The translations under genes were made by a program, and so were the position numbers. From NCBI GenBank assembly GCA_903860135.1, contig CAIOPG010000006.1, forward strand, positions 21,117 to 85,116: a stretch of 64,000 bases of DNA, given 5' to 3'. Every line of letters begins with the position of its first letter. Position 1 is the first letter of the stretch. The notes beneath the pieces were generated by a model, which was given only the letters and a program-made list of their open reading frames with translations, was not told the DNA's origin and ran no database searches. This document shows, piece after piece, positions 17,330 to 30,836 of this stretch. This stretch comes from Candidatus Omnitrophota bacterium (lineage in GTDB: Bacteria; Omnitrophota; Gorgyraeia; Zapsychrales; Fredricksoniimonadaceae).

Positions 17330-17357
17330 TTGACAATGGTTTCGTTTGTGGTATAGT
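17330..17357 (+). promoter_or_regulatory. Putative sigma70 promoter of the atp operon
   Basis: TTGACA-16 nt-TATAGT with extended TG. Confidence 0.65.
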
Positions 17358-17383
17358 AAACCAAATTTTTACACTAAAATAAA

Positions 17384-18133
17384 ATGACTTCTACACCCGA
17401 ATTTCCTCATATCATTGGACTGGCCGCCGAGCTTAATAAAGATAATGCTCTGGGACACTTTCTTCATTTTTGGGAAAGCACCATCTATGCGGTCATCGTG
17501 ATCGCCTTACTGGGTGTCGTAGCGTATGTTGCCACACGCCGGTGTGAGGTCCGTTCGCCTGGGCGCTTGCAGAGTGCGGCGGAGTTCTTTGTTATCTTTG
17601 TCGATGATTTTGTTCAAAGTGTCTTGGGTGCGCGCGGCCGCAAGTTCACGGCTTTTGTCGGCACGCTTTTCATTTATATCCTGGCCATGAACTACATCGG
17701 CCTGATACCTTTTTTCAAGTCTCCCAATGCCGAATGGTCAACGACCATGGGGCTTTCCCTTATCGTGTTCTTTTATGTACAATATACGGCGGTCAAGGAA
17801 CTGGGTTTCGGGGGCTATTTTGATCACTTGATGGGCCAGCCGCGCGGGATGATGGCTTTTACCCTTATCATGCCGGTGTTCATGCTTTCGGTCCATATCG
17901 TGAGTGAATTGATCCGTCCGATTAGCCTTTCCCTGCGCTTACGCAGTAATATTTACGGCGACGATATGATCCTGGCGTTGTTTGCGAGCTGGGGGCTTAA
18001 GGACGGGTTTTTATGGCTTTTTCCGAATTTTTTCCTGGTTGTGCTCACATCAACGATCCAGGCGGCGGTGTTCAGTATTTTGACGCTGGTATATTTTTCA
18101 CTTATCATGAAACATGAAGAAGCGCATCACTAA
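17384..18133 (+). CDS. atpB: F0F1 ATP synthase subunit a
   Basis: PGRLQ, NYIGLIP, RPISLSLRL (conserved Arg), IQAAVF..LT.VY. Confidence 0.93.
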   Translation: MTSTPEFPHIIGLAAELNKDNALGHFLHFWESTIYAVIVIALLGVVAYVATRRCEVRSPGRLQSAAEFFVIFVDDFVQSVLGARGRKFTAFVGTLFIYILAMNYIGLIPFFKSPNAEWSTTMGLSLIVFFYVQYTAVKELGFGGYFDHLMGQPRGMMAFTLIMPVFMLSVHIVSELIRPISLSLRLRSNIYGDDMILALFASWGLKDGFLWLFPNFFLVVLTSTIQAAVFSILTLVYFSLIMKHEEAHH

Positions 18134-18156
18134 TTAATTACCAACAGGAGGGAATA

Positions 18157-18390
18157 ATGGATTTTCACGCGGCATTAGCTATTGGTTTACCGATCGGACT
18201 TGGCCTGGCGGCTCTCGGCGTCGGTACTGGTTTGGGTAACGCAGTTTCCAGCGCGCTTGAGGCTTTCGGACGTCAGCCTGAGGCGATGGGCAAGATCATG
18301 ACGCTTATGCTCCTGGGTTGCGCCATTATTGAAACGATTATTTTCTACGTGCTGGGTTTTATCGTATTCCCGCTTATCGGAAAGATCTAA
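18157..18390 (+). CDS. atpE: F0F1 ATP synthase subunit c
   Basis: GxGxGxG helix, RQPE loop, conserved Glu in AIIET. Confidence 0.95.
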   Translation: MDFHAALAIGLPIGLGLAALGVGTGLGNAVSSALEAFGRQPEAMGKIMTLMLLGCAIIETIIFYVLGFIVFPLIGKI

Positions 18391-18432
18391 TTTTTTCTCC
18401 GGACATTTACCGGAGCTGAGGATGGGGTAGTT

Positions 18433-18936
18433 ATGGAACTTTTTAAATTGCTGAATTTTCAACTGATCACCGCCCAGATGGTTTGTTTCTTTCTGGTGTT
18501 GTTCGTGTTGAAAAAGTTTCTCTGGAAACCCGTGTTTGATATCCTTGAGGCGCGCCGCAAGAAGGTTGACGACGAGATCGCGGCGGTGGATGCGTTGAAA
18601 GCCGAAGCGGTTAAGTTCCGCACGGAAATGGAAAAAGCACTGGCGGCCATTGAAGAAACAGCGCAGAAGCGGCTGAAAGAAGTTGAAAATCTTGGCGAGG
18701 TAAAATCCCGCGAGATCAGGGAAAAAGCGCGCATCGAGGCTGACCGCATCATCGAGGATGCCAAAGGTGAATTGCATTTTGAACTCCTGCGCGCCCGTGA
18801 AGCGCTCCGGGGCGATGTGGTGGATATGGTGATGAAGGTGACCGAGCAGATGATCCAGGAAAAACTGACGTTTGCCGAGGATCGTAAAATTGTCGAGTCG
18901 CTGTTGGCTGATTTAGAGAAAGTGCATGAAAAATAA
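18433..18936 (+). CDS. atpF: F0F1 ATP synthase subunit b
   Basis: N-terminal TM helix, LWKPVFDILEARR, long coiled coil. Confidence 0.92.
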   Translation: MELFKLLNFQLITAQMVCFFLVLFVLKKFLWKPVFDILEARRKKVDDEIAAVDALKAEAVKFRTEMEKALAAIEETAQKRLKEVENLGEVKSREIREKARIEADRIIEDAKGELHFELLRAREALRGDVVDMVMKVTEQMIQEKLTFAEDRKIVESLLADLEKVHEK

Positions 18937-19474
18937 ACTGGCCGCCAAGCGCTACGCCGAAGCGTACATCGAATTTGCCCAAACGAAGATCGGCCTCGCG
19001 CGGTGCGTTGATGACATGAAGTCGTTGCGCACGGTCATGCGTGAAACACCTGACTTCCTGCATTTCCTGCGGGCACCTGAAATACCGGTTCATGAAAAAG
19101 GCGCGCTCATTGACCGTGTTCTTGGGCAGGTGCTGGCAGAGGAGACGCGCACGTTCATCAGGTATCTTCTGGTCAAAGGGCGTATTGATCTTCTCGATGG
19201 CGTAACGGATTATGTGCGGGTGGTTTATGCGCACGGCGAGGTGGTGGATGTCTTGTTGCGCACGACATTCCCGCTCGAGCTGGATGTCGTCGAGCGCCTC
19301 AAGGCGCGGGTCGAAGTGATTGCCCGGAAAAAGGCAAATCTTTATTTGGAACTGGACCCAGACCTTTTGGGCGGTGTTCAGATCGTGATAGGCAATACCA
19401 TCATTGATGGATCGGTACGCAACAGGCTGTTGCAACTTAAAAAACAAATGCTTCAAGCGAAGGTGGTTCCATGA
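18926..19474 (+). CDS. atpH: F0F1 ATP synthase subunit delta
   Basis: AKRYAEA, DPDLLGG, IIDGSV. Confidence 0.92.
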   Translation: MKNKLAAKRYAEAYIEFAQTKIGLARCVDDMKSLRTVMRETPDFLHFLRAPEIPVHEKGALIDRVLGQVLAEETRTFIRYLLVKGRIDLLDGVTDYVRVVYAHGEVVDVLLRTTFPLELDVVERLKARVEVIARKKANLYLELDPDLLGGVQIVIGNTIIDGSVRNRLLQLKKQMLQAKVVP

Positions 19475-20994
19475 GTACCCTGAGGCCCGAAGAAATTTCT
19501 TCTATTCTTAAGAACGAGCTCGAAAATTTCAAGACGCATATCAAGACCGAATCTATTGGTACGGTCATCCAGGTCGGTGACGCAATCGCCCGTGTGTATG
19601 GCCTTGACGATGTTATGGCCGGCGAGATCATTGAGTTTCCCGGCAATGTGTTCGGGATGGCGGTCAACCTTGAAGAAGACAGTGTCGGTGTCATCATTTT
19701 CGGCAAGGATAATCCTGACCGGAATATTAAAGAGGGTGATACGGTCAAGCGTACCGGCAAGATCGTCCAGGTTCCTGTTGGCGAGGCACTCAAAGGGCGT
19801 GTGGTCAATGCCCTGGGGATGCCCATCGATGGGCGAGGGTCCATCATCTCGGAGCGTTTCCGGGCCATGGAATTTGCGGCACCTGACGTTGTGTCGCGCC
19901 AGCCGATCGATACGCCCCTGCAGACGGGGATCAAGGCTGTGGATGCGATGATCCCGATAGGCCGCGGACAGCGCGAGCTCATCATCGGTGACCGTCAGAC
20001 AGGCAAGACAGCGGTGGCCATGGATACGATCATCAACCAGAAGGGCAAGGATGTTTATTGCATCTATGTCGCTATCGGTCAGAAGATTTCCAGTATTGTG
20101 GCGGTGGTTGAGACCTTGAAGAAGAACGGTGCCATGGACTATACGACGGTTGTCAGCGCCTCGTCGCGCACATCGGCGTCATCGCAGTACCTGGCCCCTT
20201 ATTCTGGTTGTGCCATGGGTGAGGAATTTATGTATAAGGGCAAGGATGTCCTTATTGTGTACGATGACCTTTCCAAGCATGCGCAGGCGTATCGTCAGCT
20301 TTCGCTTTTATTGCGCCGTCCGCCGGGCCGTGAGGCGTATCCGGGAGACATTTTCTACCTGCATTCACGCCTGCTGGAACGTGCCGCCAAACTGTCTGAC
20401 AAGTTGGGCGGAGGTTCATTGACGGCATTGCCTATCATTGAAACCCAGGGCGGTGATATCACCAGTTATATTCCGACGAATGTCATTTCGATCACCGATG
20501 GCCAGATATACCTGGAATCGGATCTCTTTTTCTCGGGCGTGCGTCCGGCCATCAATGTCGGTCTTTCCGTATCACGCGTCGGTGGCAAGGCTCAGGCCAA
20601 AGCCATGCGCAAGGTCGCGGGTAAACTCCGCCTTGACTTGGCGCAGTACCGTGAACTGGTCACGTTCCTGCAGTTTGGTTCCGAACTTGATAAAGCCACC
20701 CAGGATCAGCTGACCCGCGGTGAGCGCGTTGTCGAGGTTTTGAAGCAGGGGCAGTACCAGACATTGGCGCTCGGCCAACAGGTCATTTTGATCTCGGCTA
20801 CGGTCAACGGTTACCTGGACGATCTTCCCGCGTCGAGCATCAAGCGTTTTGAGGTGGCGTTCTTGCAGTTTATGGGCCAGCGTTATCCCCAGGTTGCCAG
20901 GGTTATTGAAGAAACGGGCGATCTGGCTGGCGATAACGCCGATGTCCTGAAAGCCGCGATCATCGAATTCAAGAAAGAGTTTCTTAAGAAATAA
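19471..20994 (+). CDS. atpA: F0F1 ATP synthase subunit alpha
   Basis: [28 protein letters not shown]. Confidence 0.98.
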   Translation: MSTLRPEEISSILKNELENFKTHIKTESIGTVIQVGDAIARVYGLDDVMAGEIIEFPGNVFGMAVNLEEDSVGVIIFGKDNPDRNIKEGDTVKRTGKIVQVPVGEALKGRVVNALGMPIDGRGSIISERFRAMEFAAPDVVSRQPIDTPLQTGIKAVDAMIPIGRGQRELIIGDRQTGKTAVAMDTIINQKGKDVYCIYVAIGQKISSIVAVVETLKKNGAMDYTTVVSASSRTSASSQYLAPYSGCAMGEEFMYKGKDVLIVYDDLSKHAQAYRQLSLLLRRPPGREAYPGDIFYLHSRLLERAAKLSDKLGGGSLTALPIIETQGGDITSYIPTNVISITDGQIYLESDLFFSGVRPAINVGLSVSRVGGKAQAKAMRKVAGKLRLDLAQYRELVTFLQFGSELDKATQDQLTRGERVVEVLKQGQYQTLALGQQVILISATVNGYLDDLPASSIKRFEVAFLQFMGQRYPQVARVIEETGDLAGDNADVLKAAIIEFKKEFLKK

Positions 20995-21848
20995 TGTCAC
21001 AGCAATTAAGGCAGTTAAAGTCCCGTATCCGTTCCATCGAGGGCACCTGGAAGGTGACCCGCGCGATGGAGATGGTGTCCATGGCCAAGTTCAAGGGGCT
21101 CGAAGCGCCGTTGACAGCGGCACGGTTTTATTTCACCAAGATCGAGAATATCCTCAACAATTTGCTTGCGGCAGATTCTGAGGCAACGCATCCTTATTTT
21201 CGTGCGCGCGATAAAGGGGCTGTTGCCCTTGTGGTGATCACGTCGGATACCGGGCTTTGCGGCGGTTATACGGACAAGGTATTGCGGCAGGCGGATGCGT
21301 TCATTGCGGCGCATCAAGGGCGTGATGTCCGGCTTTATGTTTATGGCCGCAAGGGGCAGTCGTATTTCCGCCGGACAGGGCGTGAGGTTTACCGTTATTT
21401 TCCCGCCGCGCACGGGCGCCTTTCCCAGGTTTTTCATCGGGCCATTGTTGAGGCGGTACTTGACGCTTATGACAAGAAAGAATTGGCTGAAGTCCATGTC
21501 TGTCATACGGTCTTTAAGTCGATGATGAAGCATGTACCTGAAGTGGTGCGTTTCTTGCACATTGATCCCAAGCCTAAAGAGGCGAGCGGGGATTTTATCA
21601 TTGAAAGCGGCATCAGAGGGATACTCGCTGACCTTCTGCCGATGTTCCTTGCCAGCCGCATGCGGCTGTTGATGCTTGAATCGTTCACCAGTGAACAGGC
21701 GGCGCGCATGGTGGCGATGAAATCGGCCAAGGACAATGCCAAGGAATTAATGGGCGACCTTATATTACTTCGAAATAAAATCAGGCAGGCGACGATCACG
21801 AAAGAGGTCATCGAGATCATTTCTTCTGCCGAAGCATTGAAAGGATAG
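20994..21848 (+). CDS. atpG: F0F1 ATP synthase subunit gamma
   Basis: KVTRAMEMVS, SDTGLCG, SEQAARMVAM, RQATIT.E. Confidence 0.96.
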   Translation: MSQQLRQLKSRIRSIEGTWKVTRAMEMVSMAKFKGLEAPLTAARFYFTKIENILNNLLAADSEATHPYFRARDKGAVALVVITSDTGLCGGYTDKVLRQADAFIAAHQGRDVRLYVYGRKGQSYFRRTGREVYRYFPAAHGRLSQVFHRAIVEAVLDAYDKKELAEVHVCHTVFKSMMKHVPEVVRFLHIDPKPKEASGDFIIESGIRGILADLLPMFLASRMRLLMLESFTSEQAARMVAMKSAKDNAKELMGDLILLRNKIRQATITKEVIEIISSAEALKG

Positions 21849-23258
<1,410 letters not shown>

Positions 23259-23264
23259 GACTCT

Positions 23265-23555
23265 ATGATCACGCCACAGGTACCATTGCATCTGTCTGTT
23301 TTAACACCGGCGAAAGTCCTTTTTGACGCGCCGGTGGATTATCTCTTTGTCCCCGGCGGGGCAGGGGATTTTGGCGTTCTCCGGGATCACGCGTCCATGA
23401 TCGCTTCGCTGAAACCCGGGGCTTTTGAGATCCGTCCGTTGTCCGGAGGGGTGCTGAATTTTAAAACAGGACAGCCTGCGCTTTTTGAGGTCGTCAATAA
23501 CAAGGCCTCTATTCTTCTCGATGCGGGGGACACGGCTTCTTTCCCCAAGATATAA
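23265..23555 (+). CDS. atpC: F0F1 ATP synthase subunit epsilon (N-terminal beta-sandwich only)
   Basis: VLTP, PG..GDFGVL.DH, follows atpD; only 96 aa. Confidence 0.85.
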   Translation: MITPQVPLHLSVLTPAKVLFDAPVDYLFVPGGAGDFGVLRDHASMIASLKPGAFEIRPLSGGVLNFKTGQPALFEVVNNKASILLDAGDTASFPKI

Positions 23556-23585
23556 GATTGATCTTCGGGAGGCAAAAGCCCAGCC

Positions 23586-24983
23586 ATGAGCTTTTGCGGT
23601 TTTCCTATGGTATCTGTCCGTCAATATATCACCCAGCATTTTTTTCGTTCCCCCACGCGTGTGGCCATTACGCTTTTTACGTTACTGGTCTTTGCCGGAA
23701 CTTTGTTGTTAAGGCTTCCGCTGGCAACAACCTCAGGTCAAATTTCCTTCATTGATGCGCTGTTCACCACTGTGTCGGCTGTCAGTGTTACCGGGCTCGG
23801 GGTGGTGGATACAGGGACGTATTTCACGGCTTTCGGTCAGGTTGTGATCATGCTTCTGGTTCAGTTGGGCGGGGTCGGGATCATGACGTTTTCAACCTTG
23901 TTCATCCTCATGGCAGGGCGCAAGCCGGGCATTGTTGCCGGCCAGACGATCCAGGATACCTATACGCAAACGGGCGATCGGTCACCGTTGGATATCCTCA
24001 AGGCGGTGTTGGTCTTGACTTTTGCGATCGAAGCGGTGGGGGTGGCGATCCTTGCTTGCTGTTTCTTGAGGGAAATGGCGTGGCCGCAGGCCTTGTACAC
24101 GGGGCTCTTCCACAGCATTTGTGCTTTTTGCAATGCCGGGTTCTCCCTTTTCCCCGACAACCTGATGCGGTACCGGGCGGACTGGTGGGTGTCGCTGACG
24201 GTGGCGGTCCTGATCATCCTTGGCGGGACGGGGTTCCTGGTCATGACAGATATTCACCGGGCAGCCAAGTTCCGGGGGAAGGCCTGGCGGCGGCTCAGCC
24301 TGCAGACCAAGCTGGTCCTTTCGATCACCGGGATACTGCTTGTGAGCAGTACCCTTATCATCATGTGGATGGAACGCGGGCACACGCTCCACAACTTGCC
24401 GCTCAATCAAAAGATCCTGGCGTCTTTCTTTGAAGCTGTAACGGCACGCACGGCGGGATTTAACACCATCGACCACGCGGCGATGGCCAATGAGACGCTG
24501 TTCTTTGTTATTATCCTTATGTTCATCGGGGCGGCACCTGGAAGTTGTGCGGGCGGTGTCAAGATCACAAGCGTGAGCATCCTTGTCCTTTTGGGTATCG
24601 CGCATTTTAAAGGCGAAGACCGACCGCAGATATTCTACCGTTCCATCAACAAGTCTTTCGTCGATAAAGCCATCAGCACGGTCTTTCTCAGCATGATCGC
24701 GGTATTTGCCGTAACGATGTGCGTCGAGATGGCGGAGGAATTCAATGCGTTTCTTCCGCGCGGGCATGACAAGTTCCTGGACATTCTTTTTGAAGTTGTC
24801 AGCGCGTTTGGGACTGTTGGTTTATCGACCGGGTTCACCTCGAAATTTACCAGCTTGGGGAAATTTTTTCTGGTGATCATGATGGTCGTCGGCAAGCTTG
24901 GGATGATGACCCTGATCTTTGCGATGAGCCAGCGCCGGATAAAGAAATATTTTTATGCGGAAGAGAATGTGATGATCAGCTGA
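23586..24983 (+). CDS. ktrB: KtrB/TrkH potassium uptake membrane subunit
   Basis: SAVSVTGL, AFCNAGF, RTAGF, GAAPGSCAGGVK, SAFGTVGLS. Confidence 0.92.
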   Translation: MSFCGFPMVSVRQYITQHFFRSPTRVAITLFTLLVFAGTLLLRLPLATTSGQISFIDALFTTVSAVSVTGLGVVDTGTYFTAFGQVVIMLLVQLGGVGIMTFSTLFILMAGRKPGIVAGQTIQDTYTQTGDRSPLDILKAVLVLTFAIEAVGVAILACCFLREMAWPQALYTGLFHSICAFCNAGFSLFPDNLMRYRADWWVSLTVAVLIILGGTGFLVMTDIHRAAKFRGKAWRRLSLQTKLVLSITGILLVSSTLIIMWMERGHTLHNLPLNQKILASFFEAVTARTAGFNTIDHAAMANETLFFVIILMFIGAAPGSCAGGVKITSVSILVLLGIAHFKGEDRPQIFYRSINKSFVDKAISTVFLSMIAVFAVTMCVEMAEEFNAFLPRGHDKFLDILFEVVSAFGTVGLSTGFTSKFTSLGKFFLVIMMVVGKLGMMTLIFAMSQRRIKKYFYAEENVMIS

Positions 24984-25017
24984 TGCCTGACGGGCACAGG
25001 AGAAAACGGGAGCTTTT

Positions 25018-25674
25018 ATGAAACAGATCGTTGTTATTGGTGTCGGGAACTTCGGGCATTACCTGGCCAAGGAGCTGTATACCAAAGGGTATGAGGTGAT
25101 CGTGATCGATAAAAGCCAGGCGCGCGTCCAGGATATCCATTCTTATGTTACCCAGGCGGTGGTGGCGGACTCGACGGATATGGAAACCTTGCGTACGCTG
25201 GGTGTGGATCGGGCCGATCTGGTGATCATTGGCATCGGGTCGAACTTGAGTGAGTCGATCCTTACCGCGCTGAACGTAAAAGATCTTGGGGTGAAAAAGA
25301 TCTTCGCCAAGGCCCAGAGTGAAAATCACGGGCGCATCCTGGAGAAGCTTGGCGTCAACGAGGTGTTCTTTCCTGAAAAAGACCTGGCCGTGTCGGTGGC
25401 GCGCCAGATCCATAATCCGAACATGATCGATCATATCCCGTTCGTCGACGGTTACACCATTGTCGAAATGGCCCCGCCGCGGAGCTTCATCGGCAAGCGG
25501 TTGAAAGAGGCCAATATCATCAATAAATTCGGCGTCCAGGTCATGGCGATCAAGGATGTCCTGACCGACCAGCTGAGTGTTATCCCGACGGGCGAGTATA
25601 TGATGAAAGACAGCGATATCCTTATCCTCATGGGGCAAAAGGACAGCATTGACCGCATCAAGGATGCGGAGTAA
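25018..25674 (+). CDS. ktrA: KtrA/TrkA regulatory subunit (RCK_N plus RCK_C)
   Basis: VIGVGNFG Rossmann motif, AKA, FPEKD, C-terminal TrkA-C. Confidence 0.92.
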   Translation: MKQIVVIGVGNFGHYLAKELYTKGYEVIVIDKSQARVQDIHSYVTQAVVADSTDMETLRTLGVDRADLVIIGIGSNLSESILTALNVKDLGVKKIFAKAQSENHGRILEKLGVNEVFFPEKDLAVSVARQIHNPNMIDHIPFVDGYTIVEMAPPRSFIGKRLKEANIINKFGVQVMAIKDVLTDQLSVIPTGEYMMKDSDILILMGQKDSIDRIKDAE

Positions 25675-25873
25675 AGATTTGTTTGCGACCGTGTAAATGT
25701 TTAGGGCGTCGAGAGGATGTCTTTAGTTGACACCCTCCCCCGCGAGCGAAGTAATGATGAAAAAGGGTGCTCGTTCAAAATATTTTGTTCATGAAATAGG
25801 GTGTCCTTGTTTTTCCAATTAACTTTAGCATTCCGTTGATTTTTCGGGCTTCAAGGTTCGCCGGCACGATCGC

Positions 25874-25902
25874 TTGACAGGACCACGTATTAAAGTTATC
25901 CT
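25874..25902 (+). promoter_or_regulatory. Putative sigma70 promoter of the response regulator gene
   Basis: TTGACA-17 nt-TATCCT. Confidence 0.6.
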
Positions 25903-25947
25903 AAATATAGAATATTATGAGAAACATGATAAACAGGAGATTTATAC

Positions 25948-26523
25948 GTGAGCAATGAAAGGCCTTTAACTACGGGTGAAATTGCTGATCTTTGCCATGT
26001 CCATTTGAGGACGGCATTGCAGTGGATACATGACGGTAAGCTGAAGGCGTACCGCACGCCGGGCAATCACAGCCGCGTCAAGGTTGAAGATTTTATCGGT
26101 TTTCTGAAACAGTATAATATGCCGATCCCTGAAACCCTTTCCGGACGGGGGAATTCGCGCAAAGTGTTGATCGTGGATGATGATGAGAACATGGTCAGTT
26201 CGATGCGCCGTTTGTTCAAGAAGGAACCTCATTTTGAAATTGAAGCGGCGTTTGACGGCTTTGAGGCCGGGATCAAACTGCTTTTGTTCAAGCCGGACCT
26301 TGTGATCCTTGACATGAAAATGCCGGGGATGAATGGTTATGAGGTGGCGCAGAAGATCAAGCATTCGGCCAATTGTGAGCACACCAAGATCATAGGGGTT
26401 AGTGCTTATTTTGAAGATATTGACAAGGAGCGTCTGCGCGAGGTAGGGGTGGAATGTTGTTTTGACAAGCCATTTAATCCCGGTGAACTGATTGAAAAAG
26501 CGAAAGAGATGCTCGCCGCTTGA
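25948..26523 (+). CDS. Response regulator with N-terminal excisionase/MerR-like HTH (HTH_17) and C-terminal receiver domain
   Basis: LTTGEIA..C.V...T...W...GKL.AYRTPGNHSR; receiver VLIVDDD, DLVILD.KMPG, KPF. Confidence 0.88.
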   Translation: MSNERPLTTGEIADLCHVHLRTALQWIHDGKLKAYRTPGNHSRVKVEDFIGFLKQYNMPIPETLSGRGNSRKVLIVDDDENMVSSMRRLFKKEPHFEIEAAFDGFEAGIKLLLFKPDLVILDMKMPGMNGYEVAQKIKHSANCEHTKIIGVSAYFEDIDKERLREVGVECCFDKPFNPGELIEKAKEMLAA

Positions 26524-27452
26524 TCCCCGCTGCATTCCTCGAACGTTTGTCGCTGATCGTCCCTCCGGAAGATTTGTCTGGTGTCGTTCATACTTTCTCC
26601 GTCAAGGAAGCTTTTATTCTTCGGGTCAATCCTTTAAAGGGCGAGGCAGAGGCAACGCTCGGGCGCCTGGCGGAAGAAGGTGTGAGCCTGGCCGCTGTGC
26701 CGTGGTGCGGCGACGCCTGGATTGTCGGTGCTGAAACCGTTGAGGCCATGTCCCGGCATCCGTTATTTGATGAAGGGAAGATTTATCGCCAGAGTTTGTC
26801 GAGCTTGATCCCGGCTGTCCTTCTGGGCGCTTTGCCGGGAGAGCGTGTGCTCGATGCGTGCGCCGCGCCGGGCAGTAAGGCAACGCAGATCGCGGCGATG
26901 ATGCGTCCTGAGGGGGAGGTCGTCGCGGTGGAGGCGGTCAAGGCACGATTTTTTCGCCTGCGTTCTGTTTGTGCGCTTTTGGGTGCCGCTACGGTGGCCT
27001 GCAAATTGTGCGATGTCCGTCGCCTGCGTTTACCGGACAATATGTTCTTTGACCGTGTCCTTGTCGATGCACCGTGCAGTTCCGAAGGGCGTTTCCGGGC
27101 CGATGATCCCGAAAGCTATGCATATTGGAGCCCGCGCAAGATCAAGGAAATGAGCTACAAGCAAAAAGGCATCCTCATGAGTGCCGCGCGTTTGCTCAAG
27201 CCGGGAGGCTGTCTGGTCTATGCCACATGCACGTTCGCGCCAGAGGAGAATGAGGAAGTGGTGGACTGGTTCCTGAACAAAAGTGAAGGGGCTTTTGCGC
27301 TCGAGGAGGCCGGGCTACCGGGAGTGCCACGCCTGCCGGCCGTGACGCGCTGGGGACGCGATGCCTTTTCGCCTGATATGGCGATGTGCTTACGGGTTAA
27401 ACCGGACCATCTTTATACAGGTTTCTTCGTCGCGAAATTGAGGAAGTTATGA
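26520..27452 (+). CDS. RsmB/RsmF (NOL1/NOP2/Sun) RNA m5C methyltransferase
   Basis: LDACAAPGSKA, VDAPCSSEG, VYATC..APEENE, GFFVA. Confidence 0.92.
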   Translation: MIPAAFLERLSLIVPPEDLSGVVHTFSVKEAFILRVNPLKGEAEATLGRLAEEGVSLAAVPWCGDAWIVGAETVEAMSRHPLFDEGKIYRQSLSSLIPAVLLGALPGERVLDACAAPGSKATQIAAMMRPEGEVVAVEAVKARFFRLRSVCALLGAATVACKLCDVRRLRLPDNMFFDRVLVDAPCSSEGRFRADDPESYAYWSPRKIKEMSYKQKGILMSAARLLKPGGCLVYATCTFAPEENEEVVDWFLNKSEGAFALEEAGLPGVPRLPAVTRWGRDAFSPDMAMCLRVKPDHLYTGFFVAKLRKL

Positions 27453-28375
27453 AAGACCTTCATCGTGTGGCTGGGCATTTCGGGTTTAGCGATATCCGGT
27501 TCCGCCCTGACATTGCTGTCGCCGGAAGCCCGGAACGCACAGAATTCCGCATGGTCGTCGAAGTTCCCGATGGCCAGCTGATCATCCTTGAGCAGATTAA
27601 CCCCTACCGGACAGAACATAGAAGGTCGATGGCCCGGGTCCTGGCGACCCTGTCGGCGCGCGGGTTGCCGTTGGTTGTGCCTTTCATCAAAGATGTTGCG
27701 GGTGAGACCCTCGGGGTTGTAGGAGGAGAATGCTGGCAGGCGGTGCCGTATGTTAAGGGGGTTCAGCTTGACCGTCCGGCGTATGCGTTGGAAGGCTGGC
27801 GCGGGGCAGCGTCAGCGCAGTTTTTGGTGGACATCAAGAAGGTCGCGGATACCGAAGCGGTTCTTCAGGCGGGGTTTGTGTTTGACCTGCCGGGTTATAT
27901 CGACGGGCTATGGGCGGTGATCCGTCGCCGCAGGCCGGAAGTTGCGCAGGCTTTTATTCCGATGATGCGTCATGTAGAAGAGCATCTGTACCCGTGCTAC
28001 CGGGCTTTGCCCGCGAGCTTTGGCCATGGGGATTACCATGCGCTCAACATTATCTGGGGCGATACGGTGATCAATGCTGTCATTGATTGGGAATTTTGTG
28101 GCATGAAGCCGGAATTGTACGATGCCGCCAATATGCTGTCTTGCCTGGGGATCGAGGATCCTTCAGCACTCGATGGCTCGTATGCGGATAATTTTATCGG
28201 GGTATTAAAAGCTTCCGGTTTGTTTGCGGCGAAAAGTTTCACGTCGTTGCCGGACATTATGATCGGGATGCGTTTTGCGTGGGTCTCCGAATGGCTCCGC
28301 AAGGATGATGACGAAATGCTCCAGATGGAACTCGATTATTTTGATATCCTCAAAGCCAGGTGCGGGGCTTTATAA
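27449..28375 (+). CDS. APH/homoserine kinase type II-like phosphotransferase
   Basis: HGDYH..N Brenner motif and IDWE. Confidence 0.8.
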   Translation: MKDLHRVAGHFGFSDIRFRPDIAVAGSPERTEFRMVVEVPDGQLIILEQINPYRTEHRRSMARVLATLSARGLPLVVPFIKDVAGETLGVVGGECWQAVPYVKGVQLDRPAYALEGWRGAASAQFLVDIKKVADTEAVLQAGFVFDLPGYIDGLWAVIRRRRPEVAQAFIPMMRHVEEHLYPCYRALPASFGHGDYHALNIIWGDTVINAVIDWEFCGMKPELYDAANMLSCLGIEDPSALDGSYADNFIGVLKASGLFAAKSFTSLPDIMIGMRFAWVSEWLRKDDDEMLQMELDYFDILKARCGAL

Positions 28376-28386
28376 AGAACTTGTGA

Positions 28387-30054
<1,668 letters not shown>

Positions 30055-30347
30055 ATCGGAAGAGAGGGACCTAGATAAAGATAGGCCGGGGAAAGCGGGT
30101 GTTACGCGCTTCGGAATGCCCGTGATTGATCGCTCCCTACCCATCTGATCCCCAGAATCCTGCTGTTCAGAAATGGATCCGGCAGTATTAGTAAGATCCG
30201 CGCGTTTCAATATAATTATAATTATTTGCAAAATTGAAAAGCATCAGGTATTATTCATACAGTGCAAATGGCTGTATGATCGTTGGCGTTGGACATTCCT
30301 TATTTTTCCTTAAACATCAAAAAATTCTTTCCTGAACCAGATCCGGC

Positions 30348-30836
30348 ATGATTTCTTACAACGACCACACATTGGATCAATATCTCGCTGAACTTTCACG
30401 GCGACAGCCTGTCCCTGGCGGTGGTTCGGCGGCGGCGGTGTCAGGGGCCCTGGGGGCGGCGCTCATCGCGATGTCGGCCCGTTATGCGCTGGGGAAGGGA
30501 AAAAGTGAAGCTGTTGAGCAGAAGATCAATGAAATTGTTGTCGCGGCGGATGCGGCGCGCCTGTCATTCTTGGCACTGGCAGGCCGTGATGCCGAGGCTT
30601 ATCAGGCTGTTTTGCAGACCCGCAAGGCGGCAAACAAGGCCGCTCACGCGCTGGCTTTGGCTGAAGCCGGCCGTGTCCCTGTCGATATCATGACCTTGTG
30701 CCAATCATGCCTTCAGCTGGCGCCATATCTTTATCAGGAAGGGAATCCTTTCTTGCTCAGCGATGTCAAGGCGGCCGAGGCTTTCCTGAAGGCTGGCGTC
30801 GCGGCGGCCCGCATCATGCAGGAGGTTAACGCATGA
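30348..30836 (+). CDS. Formiminotetrahydrofolate cyclodeaminase/cyclohydrolase family protein
   Basis: PVPGGGSAAA, D..AY, GNPFLLSD; adjacent to folD. Confidence 0.85.
   Translation: MISYNDHTLDQYLAELSRRQPVPGGGSAAAVSGALGAALIAMSARYALGKGKSEAVEQKINEIVVAADAARLSFLALAGRDAEAYQAVLQTRKAANKAAHALALAEAGRVPVDIMTLCQSCLQLAPYLYQEGNPFLLSDVKAAEAFLKAGVAAARIMQEVNA

Noticed and set aside
30055-30347. ZTP/THF riboswitch or small gene before fchA-folD, including ORF 29929-30231 (-)
   Set aside because: No consensus elements recognised; the ORF overlaps thiC and looks non-coding.
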